Part shown: positions 38,620 through 50,094 of the stretch, piece by piece
How the letters are laid out: each line of letters starts with the position of its first letter
How positions within the stretch are numbered: the first letter of the stretch is position 1
Assembly (NCBI GenBank): GCA_043228905.1
Contig: JBHGNT010000004.1
Span: forward strand, 20,770,001 to 20,834,000
Direction: 5' to 3'
Source: Azolla caroliniana
Lineage: Eukaryota > Plantae > Polypodiophyta
Length of the DNA stretch: 64,000 nt
The notes under the pieces: model-generated
What the model was told of the DNA's origin: nothing
Seen by the model: the letters and a program-made list of their open reading frames with translations, nothing else
The model's database searches: none
Program-made: the position numbers and the translations under genes

Positions 38620-41600
38620 TCCTACCTATTTCATCTAATATGTAAGGTATGTGGAAAATTATTTTTAGTAGTCAATGAGATATATTATGTGGAGTCAAAC
38701 ATAATGATCATGCTAAGTATGGGTCTTCTCTTCAACATAACCAATATCATGTCTATTGTGCAATAGATAATGAAAGACTTTATTTAGGTGTAATTCTTAT
38801 TGTGAAGGATAGATTGCAACCGGTGGTGGTTCAAAGATATATAAATGGTCAATTCTTAGTGGTTGAGATTAATTATGAAAGGGGAAAGGATTTGGGTAAT
38901 AAACCTTTATGCACCAAACATTATCATGCAACTTATGGAACTTTGGAGATGTTTACATCAAGTTTTACACCAGGAAATACCAAGGTTATTGATTTTAATG
39001 TGTTTTGATGTGGTCCAATCTACTTCGATGCATAGTTTGATAGATGCCTCCAAACAACATGTTTGAGATTTGTTGACGATGGAGGTCTTAAGGTATGATG
39101 CATGGACTTGAATCAATGGAACTAATGTTGGTTATATGTTTCAATGTACATAGTAAAGATAAACTTGGAGTAGATTGGATCACATATATATATTATGCAT
39201 GACATATTTTTTAAAGTTTTTAACTATGCAAGTGTATAAAGTGATTTAATCATTTGATCAATTATTCTTTTCATGAACATGATAAGTTTCCACATTTTAT
39301 GGGACAACTGATGCTGGAGTTTATGAGATAAGTCAATGTCCATGATGTTTCATCATGGGATATTTGTCTTTCTAATATTCAATGCATTTCCTCGTATTAT
39401 GGGATTTATCAAGCATCCATCCACAAATAAAATGCGACATTAATCCAAACAATTTCTAGACCAATGTAATGTATTGTTGGATGCAATTCCATATGCATTG
39501 TTTGATATTCGAGTTACATTCTTTGAAGTTTTACAATATCTAGAGGTTTGTAGTTATCAACAATCCCATGTGATGTACATGAAACATGAATTACGTTGTC
39601 ACAATTGTCAATAAAATAGAAAAACTCACGGGTTGCATGCATCCCATGCTAGAATGAATGTGGTATGCCTAGAGATTGATGGAACTTCAAATACAAACCG
39701 TCAAGTAATTATTGATAATTGTGTTAAACATTTCCACAACTCTTTTCGATCAAGAATATTTCCTAAATGATGACACGAGGCAATCATGATTAAAGCTATT
39801 TGAATTAGTCAGGGGTATTGGTGGGCAACATGTCATGATTGAATTGGACGAGGATATAAAGGAAGAGGAGGTGGAGTGTGCATTGTCACATCTTTCGGAT
39901 GTGGGTTGGGATGGGACTACAAATGATATTTTTAAAGTTTTTTGTGAAACAACTCAAATGCCTTCTCATAATGTTGTTCCACTAAGTGTGGAGTTCTAAT
40001 AAGATGCTTGATTCATGGAAAGTTAGCATTGTTAAACTTGTTACACTGAAAATTGTAATAAGATGCTTGTCTCCTTTGCCCAATGGTGATTGATATCATT
40101 AATGGGACAAAAGTAGTAGTAAATTGACTTCAAAAGGTGTCACCTCAATGGTCAATCCTATGCAATATGGTTTTGTTATGGGAAGGGACATCCTTCATAA
40201 TATTTTGAATGTGCAAATGACAATAAATTGTGAAAAGGAATAAAAAAACAAATTGTAACGATGCAACTAGATATCGAGAAGGTTTATGACAATGTAAGTT
40301 GGTCTTTTATTGCCCAACTTATGTCTCATATGGGTTTTGGTGAAAGGATGTCTCAACTCTCTTTGATGTTGAGGTTAGGTGCAACGTCACATGTTATGTT
40401 AATTGTTGGAGTTACTGAGGTGATAATGTTGACAAGGTCGCTAAGAGAACGATGCCCATTGAGTCCATAATTTTTTTCTCAATACCGCATAACCAATTCT
40501 AGTTAATATGTATGAGTTGGCAACGCGTGGGAAATAGTTGGTCTAGCTCTACCGTTGGGGGAACAATTCATAATGCAAGCATTGACACATGATTCGTTTT
40601 TGTTTCTCAAAGTTGTACATGATAATATAGCTAAAGCCGCAGAGGTGTTAAAATTGTTTCCATTGACATCAAAATTACATATTGACGTGCAAAAGTTAGT
40701 GCTTATTAGATGCACTAAGAGTGATTTGGTTGCACTTGGATGGTGTAATCAAATATTAGATCAAGGGAATGTGTGCCAATACTTAGGTTACCATACTAGT
40801 GTTGATATTTCACCATCTCAATGTTTGAAAGTTTACGTATTAGAAGTCTCAAATTTGGTCGCTCGGTACTCATCTCAAAGTGGTACAAGCACTAATGATT
40901 CCGAATTTTCTTTTGTCATTATTACGATGACAAAGAAATTACTTGATCATTTGGCTCATTCACTAAAATATAGATTGTGGAAGAAAGAGTCAAAACTTAG
41001 TATGATCTATGTTTCATGGAGCAATACATGTACCCTAAAATGTCGAGGGGGAGCGACCTCACTAAATTTAGAAAATCATATGGTGGCTCGAAGATTTAAC
41101 CTCTTAAAAGGTATGTGAATAGACACTCAACCTTGGGTAGGAATAATTTGTCATTTTATGGAGACAATAGGTATATACCATGGGAAAATCCGAATTACAT
41201 CTTTATGGTAGCATGTTGTTAATAATGCTTGAGCATTTAAATGTTTAGAATCTATTATGCTTCAACAATTATTGCTTCCTTGGCAACGATGTTTGAATTT
41301 GTTTAACTGATCGAGGCACCTTGAGTATAGAAAAGATAGTAATTATTTGGCAGTAGAGGTATTGATAACCTCAAGGATATATTACGTTGGGGTGGAAAAG
41401 AAAGTGTCAACTCATAATTCAATCAAATGGCAAGGCTTGGCTTGGTAATCGTGGAATATATTGTCTTAGAGTCATGTAAGAAAATGATGGTGTTTCGAAT
41501 AATCCAAAGTAAGTTTCGCATACCACATGGATATGGGCATTGGCAACAATGTTCGTATAGCCTAGTCTAGATTTCCCAAATCCATAGTTGGTGGTTGATG

Positions 41601-41992
41601 AATCATGAAAAGATTGATCATTTAGTAGTGAAAAATAGGTACTTGTGGTGCACATGAATGATGTATACCATAAGTTAGTTGAAGGTAGAGCTTGGTTCGT
41701 GAATAAGGTTTTGGATATATGGCACAAAACCCGATGTGTAAAGTGGCAGTGCCAAGTTTTAAATGCAAGATGACATTCTCATATTCTATTTCAGTGCAAC
41801 TGTGTTTCTTTGGCATTTCGATGGTTGACGGGTTGCCTTTGGCAATGGATTTACAACGAAGACATATTTCGAACGGGACACATTTTTTTCTATAAAATGT
41901 TTGAGGAGGATGACAAAGGTTCATTATGTGCCTGATTGCGAAGGCAATTTGGGTTGTTATATCACAAACTTCGGGTGTCATTAACATTTACT
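38620..41992 (+). mobile_element. Degenerate L1-like LINE (family A, copy 1; endonuclease, RT, zf-RVT), interrupted by family B
   Basis: INLYAPN, SRLD, QLDIEKVYDNVSW, RSLRERCPLSP, ALTHDSFLF and YLGY across many broken frames. Collinear with the family A copy at 60560-64000. Confidence 0.85.
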
Positions 41993-42360
41993 CTTTTTTT
42001 TTTTCATAAAAATTTTCCTCCATTAGTATTAAGATTAAAGTAGCCAAAGGCAAGATACAAAATAATCCAACATTACAATGATTAATGTGTAGCCAATCTT
42101 TCTAGATAAAGATAAAGGCAAGATACAAGATAATATCGGTGAACTTCTCCCTAAGTAATATTGTTGCCCTACCAACGTCCATATCACCAAGTAATGTTGA
42201 TGCCATGCCAAAGCCCCTAACATCAATTCCATCGTATTCAACATGTAATGATATCTCTTCTTTCACAATGATTCCTTGATCGCTGCTACATGTAAGATTT
42301 CATCATATCCAAATGATCCAGATGAGGCTACCATATGAAAATACTGGTTCTCCACTCAAT

Positions 42361-43830
42361 CCACTCCCCTCAGACCCTCATGAAAATTTGCTTCTGCCTC
42401 CGCCACCATCTTCTCTCATCGTTGTATAAACTAAAAACAAATAAATGTGCTTCAAAATATTTCCACATCAGCCATCTCTCCATTTTCCATGAAATTCCTG
42501 TATAGACAACAAAGAAAAAATGAGTTGTCCTCATCCACTCATGACATTTTGCTTCAACCCTCGACAACATCCTCACTCATCCTTTCAAAAATAAATCAGC
42601 TTCCTTTCCACAACATCCATCTTGCCAATTATTGCTTGAGTCGTGAATCTCTCTATTTTCAGCAATTTCCCATCTTCTCTCATCGTTGTATAAACTAAAA
42701 ACAAATAAATGTGCTTCAAAATATTTCCACATCAGCCATCTCTCCATTTTCCATGAAATTCCTGTATAGACAACAAAGAAAAAATGAGTTGTCCTCATCC
42801 ACTCATGACATTTTGCTTTAACCCTCGACAACATCCTCACTCATCCTTTCAAAAATAAATCAGCTTCCTTTTCCACAACATCCATCTTGCAAGTTATTGC
42901 CCGAGTTGCGAATCTCTCTATTTTTAGCAATTTCTTGTACATACACAAAACATAATTAATCCACTCTCATCACCCTCATAAAACCTTGCTTCTACCTCCG
43001 CCACCATCTTCACTCATCATTTTGAAAACTGAAAGTAAATAAGACTGCTTCAAAAACTTCCACATCAACTATCTCTCCATTTTGCATCAAGATCCTGTTG
43101 TCATTCATCACACGAGTCATGTACCTACAAAAAATACAGAATGAAACCACTCTCCCGAAACCCTCATGAAACCTTGCTTCTACCTCCACCACCATCTTCA
43201 CTGATCCTTCCAAAATTAAATCAACTTCATTTTCCACTACAACCATCCTGCCATTCATCTCCCGAGTCCTGTACCTACAAAAACAAGAATGAATCCATTC
43301 TCCTCAAACCCTCATGAAACGTTGCTTTGGCCTCCACCACCATCTTCATTCATCCTTTCAAAATAAATCAGCTTCATTTTCCACTACAACCATCTTGCCA
43401 TTCATCACTCGAGTTTTGTACCTACAAAAAGAAGACCAGAATGAATCCACTCTCCTCAAACCCTCATGAAACCTTGCTTCTGCCTCCGCCACCATCTTCA
43501 CTCATCATTCTAAAAACTAAAAATAAATAAGTTTGCCTAAAAAAAAACTTCCACATCAAAACAACTCGCCATTTTGCATCAAAATCCTCTCCACTTTCAA
43601 CACTTTCTTGTATATATACACTCCTCAGACCATCATGAAAATTTGTATTTGCCTTCGACCCCGTCTTCATTCATCGTTCTAAAAGTTATAATACCTAAAT
43701 CTGCTTCAAAATAATTCCACAAGAACCCTCTCACCATTTTCACCAAGTTCCTGTATAGACAACAAATAAAATGAATGAACTGTCCTCATGAAATTTTGCT
43801 TCAACGCTCAACAACATCCTCACTCATCCT
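42361..43830 (-). repeat. Array of ~9-10 diverged ~130-190 bp units in the LINE-B 3' UTR, including a recent 264-bp duplication
   Basis: The core ctcatgaaa..ttgcttc..cctcc.ccaccatcttcactcatc recurs at ~42377, 42538, 42802, 42975, 43163, 43311, 43463, 43631 and 43785. Segment 42406-42669 is repeated almost exactly at 42670-42934. Confidence 0.92.
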
Positions 43831-44338
43831 TGCCACGTTGTATACACTAAGAACGATGCTGGTGGCAGAAACAACCAACGAGGTGGAACGTAATTCCACT
43901 TTACATCATCACCTGCATCCAACAAAATAGGAATAGCTGCCCAGACTCTACAAATTCTTCTTCTTTTCCGGTTAGCTTTATTTCCATCACCCTTATAACT
44001 ATCATACTCACCTTTTACTGTATGTATCAGTAATTCCCAAAAGGTCTTAACTTGATCCACAACATGAATTTGTTCATCGTTGTATAGTTTGGAACATCTC
44101 GTTTTCCACAAAACCCATAGGGCCAAAGAGGAAACAATATGCCAAACATAACACCGTGAGAAGAACTTGATTCCCGATACGGAGTTGGAAATATAGAGTA
44201 CACCTGAAAACTTTTTACTTGTAAAGTCAATGAAGAATTATGATAATGATAAAAAGCCTTTTGCTAATCCAACGTTCCCCAAAATACTGCACCCCACGTG
44301 AAAATGGCTGACCTATACTTACGACCTAATAACCTCAA

Positions 44339-44669
44339 TTGGACCGTGAAGTCGAAACAAGGAGTGCGGACGGTAGGCAATCGATGGGTGCAATATGTAA
44401 GATGTAGAGTTATAGAGAAAAGGTTTAGGGTTTGAGTTTTGGTTTTGGTTTAGGGTTTTGGTTTGGGGTTAAGGTTAGGGTTTATGATTTAGGTTTAGGG
44501 TTTAAGAATTAGGGTTTAGTGTTTGTTTCGGGCTTAGGGTTTAGAGGACAAAAGGGTTTACGATTAAGTGCAAGAGGGAATAAAGTGAAAAGAAACACCG
44601 AGAATAATTTGAGCACACCCAAATTATTTGACAAACTTGGTGTAAGTGAGGCATAATAAGAGATAGAGG

Positions 44670-44745
<76 letters not shown>

Positions 44746-44892
44746 TTAATCTCTAACATTAAAACTAGAAACAAATTAAAACATAACCATAAGCTAAATA
44801 GTCTAGATAAGAGAGAGGGAGAGATTAAGAAGGAGACTAATTTTCATTAAGAAAAAAGAAAAATTACAATACGATGGGTAATGGTCATGAGC
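44339..44892. repeat. ~550-bp insertion in LINE-B ORF2 containing degenerate plant telomere repeats (TTTAGGG) and (GA)n
   Basis: TTTAGGG/TTAGGG variants at 44421-44545 and (GA)n at 44675-44738. The flanks are collinear with copy 1 apart from ~25-30 missing bp. Confidence 0.8.
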
Positions 44893-47800
44893 CACATTCC
44901 CAAAAAACATGATGCAATGTCTCAACTGCAAACCCACACATAACACATGATATGTCAGGCATTGTTCCCCTCAATAAACCTCCTATTGGCAAGGCGTAAT
45001 GAATCATCAACCATCGAAAATGTAATACCTTATTCATACACTTAAGTGACCAAAATCGTTTCCAGAACTTCAACATATGCGAGGATGACATATTACCTTC
45101 CTCCCAATATTTTTTCCAGGCGCAGGTACTGATTCAATCTGATTCAAAAGAAAATTCCTTCCAAACGCCACAAAATATGTGAAGAATGGGAGGACCTTCG
45201 TTTGCGAAGTGTTGGATCTAGACAACTTCCAACCATAATCAGACGGATCCCAATGCAAATCAGCAATTGGCCTAGATTGTAAAACCCAAATATTAGATGA
45301 ATATTTAGCAATTAAGGGATTAGGATCTATAAAGATCTTTTTATCTAATCGAGCAATTACTCGCACTGGTAATTGATTTGCAGAAGACATAATTGGAGCC
45401 TCGTCCTCCACTACAAACAGTCTACCATTATCCAAAACTTCATAAAAATAAAGGAGCTGCCATTTTGACGGTATAAACAAGCTCCTATAAGTATATTAAG
45501 AGTCGAAAACATACCGTACCAATTTTGAAAATGGTCGAACTGCATAGTTGGCATTGTTACGTGAAATACCGTGGACACTTGAGAGAACATAATATTTGGC
45601 CCTCTTAAATTATACAACCTATTCCTCTGGTCCTGCGCTGAAGTCTCCGAAAACTTTCGCCACTCCGCAACCGTACAGGCGGGGCCACTATCCAATGCCG
45701 CCCAAGATAACCTAGGCCGTAAACCCAAAACACATGCAGCTTCATCAGTAAATAAAGGATTCCATAACAATGGTTGACGCATGAATTGAGAATGAGTTTT
45801 TGGTGGCAAGAAAACAAGTGCTTGACGAATACTTTCCCATACATGACTAATTCCATTAAAGAACCGTAAAGACCCAACAGATGACTTAGGTAAAGGAAAA
45901 TCCTATTTAAAGAACCATCTAAGACTATCCCTCCATTGACTACCTACCGATGGCTTAAACTTATGTAAATGAAGAATCCATAATTTTTCCATAATTCCTC
46001 TCCAGGCAATAAACTTCTAACATGTTTAGCTAGTAATGCCTTACTTTGCATTAAGGGATCAATCAAACCTAAACCTCCTTTTTGTTTAGAATGTATAAGA
46101 ACCGACCAAGCGACCTTTGCTACAGGAGTGTGTGAACTAGCATTCCCCCAAATAAAATTTCGTAATAGATGTTGAACTTTAAGCATTACTGACCTAGAAA
46201 ACAACCATGTAGATGCAATATACCAAATCGAGGACAAAAGCACCGAATTTGCAACAACTACACGTCCTGCTAAGGACAACTTTTCCTTATTCTAGTATAT
46301 TAACTTATTTCTTAATCTTAACAAAGTTGCTATCATATCTTCTACATTTAATCCCAAACCCACTCTACATCCTAGATACCTAATAGAATGACTTGTATGT
46401 ATCCATGTAAATCTTGAACTAAATACATTAATTGGCGGATCTCCCTCAGCCACCCAACAACCTGATGATTTATCCCAATTAATCAATGCACCCGATGCCA
46501 GTGAGAAGTCATCCACAACTTTTTGAACCTGCGATAAATTAACTTGTGAGGCTTGAACATAGAGAGTTGTATCATCAACAAACTCACTATCCAAGCCAAC
46601 ATCTGCAAATGGTAGTGCTAAACCTTTGATATTTACATTATGAGAATTTAAATGTACAGAAAACGCTTTAGAAACTAGTAGAAACAGAAAAGGAGCAAGT
46701 GGACATCCTTGTCTTACAGATGTTGAAATAGAGAAACTCCTACCAAGATCCCCTGCAAATAGAAGAGAACTGTGTGCATTACGATATAGTGCTGAAACTC
46801 CTCGGATCCATTTGTTTTGAAAACCCATCCTAAGCAAAGTACCCTCTATAAAATCCCAATCCACTCTATCATAAGCTTTCTCAAAATCAAGAAATAACAT
46901 TGCCAAATCTTGCTTATGTAATTCAGCGAAGGCAACCATTTCCCAAAAAAGAATAATATTATAAAAAATACTCTGTTCTTGCATAAAACCAGTTTGGGAA
47001 ACATGAATTAAGTCAGAAAGGTAAGGTTGTAGACGTCTAGCTATAGTTTTTGCTAATATCTTATAGATAACATTCAACAAAGTAATTGGTCTCCAATTTT
47101 GAAGCTCCTCTAACTGGCCACTTGATTTGGGAATCATATATATTAACCCCTCATTCCAATCTTGTGGCATATTTCCAAAATCTAAAATTTGTTGATAAGG
47201 TTTGGTCAGTCCCTCACCTATCAGATCCCAATACTTTATATACCATTGAACCCCCAACCCATCTAATCTAGGACAAACATCCTTTGCTAAGGTCTTTGTT
47301 GCTTTCAGAGTCTCTTGAGGGCTTAATGGTTTCAAAAGACAATATGAAAGTTGTATAGATACTCTACTTTGAATCCTTGACCATACAATATCCCGTTTAA
47401 ACAAATCATCTCTAGAAAAGGATCTAGCCTTCAACAAATTTTCATAATAATTCGACGCTATTTGATGTATCTGACTAGGATCAGTGGTATAAGAGCCATC
47501 ATGACATTTTAAACAGGAAATCCTAGCAGTCGGCTTATGATGATTATGCATTGCAAAGAACGGTTTATTCACTTTATCTCTTGACTTTGCCATTCAGAAA
47601 GTATATTACGATAAGTAAAATCAGCTGAAACCTTTTGTAATTCCAAAATATGATTCCCTACCTGTATCACTCTAGAGCTTATATAAGTCAGATATGGCCT
47701 TCTCTCTTGAAGATGTTGCAAGGACCGCAATCCCCTACGAAGTCTTCCTATTTTAGTAAAAGATGCATGAAATACTTGTTTAGCCTTATAGCGAAAGAAT

Positions 47801-49560
47801 TGTTGTATTTCAATAATATCCTTTTGAACACTAGATAAAGCAAAATCATAAGAATAATCATACTTATTCCATAGATTGTACAGATTAGAAGCCCAATCTT
47901 GGTTAAGAACCACATGATTCGGAATTCTAAATCTCGAAGTTTTAGACTGGTCTTGCAAGATTATAGCTAAACAAAGTGGTGCATGATCCGAGAAGGAGAA
48001 TGAAGGAAGGATTCCAATGAACCCTCCTTTATCCTATAAAAAATTATTAGCATAGAACTTGTCTAGCCTAGACAAATTGGTATTTGACTCTATTCTATTT
48101 GATCTTGAATAAGCCAAAGAATCTTGCATCTTTACAAAAGAAGACACTTGCCACCAGTCCATTAATCCCAAGGAAAAAATCAAATGTTCCCATTCATATA
48201 ATTCTGAACCAGAAATTGTATGCGGTATGCCTCCTAACCTATCACTCACATCCTCCAAAATATTGAAATCACCCACAATCGCCCAATGATCCACACTAGG
48301 TACTTGTGAAAGTATGTTTTTCCATAATATCGCTCAATCTCTTGCATAGTTCGGTGCATAAATATTCATGAGACCCCAGTTTTTCAATCCTATTTGAAAA
48401 ATTACATATTGGCCTCTACCACATGTCAATGCAAGAAGGAACCCAACCAAGTATCATTTAATGCAATGCAAAGTCCCACTTTCAAACAATTATCACCAAC
48501 TGCAGGCACCCAGAACTATCTCCACTTGCATGGCATCTCACTATCCATGTCAACATTTACAAGATCTACCTTAATCCCTTCATTTTGTTTAACATCATTC
48601 ACAACTAAGGACATATCAATCTATTGTACTTGACTGAAAACAATTTGTTTACCCTTATTAGATTGCTTATTAATCTTTGTAACATGTTCCGACTCTTGTA
48701 CTTGTAAAAGGATATCCTGCGAATTTTGTTCCACCTGTTGTTCCTTTATAGCATCCACTTTCTTACTATTGACATCCTTTTCCACTTCCTGCAACGAATG
48801 ATAAGGGTTAGCTTCGAGTAATAACAATGGGTTAACTAATGTATTCGTCGGCTTGAAAACATGTTTTGTAGAAACTGAAGACCAACCATCATTATTAGCA
48901 GCTGATCGAGGAGGTGGATGGGATTCAACATTTGGGCGTCGCTTCTGACACTCTTGACCTAAATGACCAAATTGACAACACACAAAACATTGGTTAGGCA
49001 AACCTTGATAATACACATTTTGCATAATCGGAGGTTTATTGGTAAGCAAATTAGGTAAAGAAATCATTGTTGGCAAACGAACACTTCTTGGGGCGATCAC
49101 CCTAACACCTGGAACTCCACCCACTCTATCAGACCCAGAAGCTTGTCCATCACATGTAGCAATGACTTTTCCTAACAAAGCCCCAATGTGAGGAAGAACA
49201 TTCCTCCACTCTTTCCTCAACCCGGGGAATATCGCCGTAAAAATCATACTAGATTCTTGCTCCTGCAAAATCTCATCTACCTTAACATTATGTGACCATT
49301 TATGAAAAGCAATCCACGCACCTTCCACGCCTGCCTCCTTAATTGCTAATAGTTTGCTAACCGAAACTTCATTTGCAATTTCCACATGATAACATCCTCT
49401 AGACATAAATTGAATGTCGAGGATGTTAGCCATTTCCTCTGAAAAAGCAACATATAAGATATGTCGGAGTTCCGATCTATTTGGCCGCGAACCCTGGACT
49501 TGCACTACCAAGGAGATCGTCTCCAGCCTATGAACTTCTCCCAATACAGTGTATTTATCC

Positions 49561-49810
49561 TTTACTTATTTGGTCACCTTTTTAAATAGGTTTTCATCGA
49601 TGGTGATAGTTTGCTAGAGCTCTACGCAGCCCATCATATGAGAAGAGGCATCTAGATTTATATGTATCATATAGTGAGTATACTAGAGCACTTAGAGAGG
49701 GTTTACCTTAATGATATATATGTATTGCTAGTTGATGAAGTAGTTAATAGATAGCAAAGTTTCTATTAGTCAATCTTGTTTAATTAATAATGATTAACAT
49801 AGATTTTTTG
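49561..49810 (+). mobile_element. 3' remainder of the family A LINE split by the family B insertion
   Basis: atttggtcacctttttaaataggttttcatcgatggtgat, ccatcatat, agatttatatg and cacttagagagggtttacctt match the reverse complement of 60640-60925 (family A copy 2). Confidence 0.75.
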
Positions 49811-49816
49811 AAAAAC

Positions 49817-49953
<137 letters not shown>

Positions 49954-50094
49954 AATTGCAAGAGTGATTGAGAGTGAGAGATGGGTGGATGATCCTCTGC
50001 AGCTCACGCATCGAAGACCAGAGATCCGTTTAAACCCCTGTGGATTTAGAAGGAGAAGTCAAAGATATATACTGCAAGGATACCGTCTCTCAGT

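Larger units (their letters stand above)
41993..49560 (-). mobile_element. Near-full-length inactive L1-like LINE (family B, copy 2)
   Basis: ORF1 remnant 48621-49544 with a CCHC knuckle (CFVCCQFGHLGQEC). Endonuclease: NIYAPN, GDFN, SRLDKFY, SDHAP. RT 46292-47593: NWRPITLLN, LDFEKAYDRVDW, VRQGCPLAP, FVDDT. Also zf-RVT, a C-terminus homologous to copy 1 (stop 43824) and poly(A) at ~41994-42004. Short direct repeat TTTACT at 41987-41992 and 49561-49566. Confidence 0.92.

Noticed and set aside
42361-43830. CRISPR-like appearance: a conserved ~45-nt core separated by variable sequence
   Set aside because: The cores are degenerate, the intervening segments are long and homologous to each other, there are no cas genes and the context is eukaryotic.
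44421-44545. True telomere or chromosome fusion site
   Set aside because: The repeats are short, degenerate and in one orientation, and they are embedded in collinear LINE sequence.
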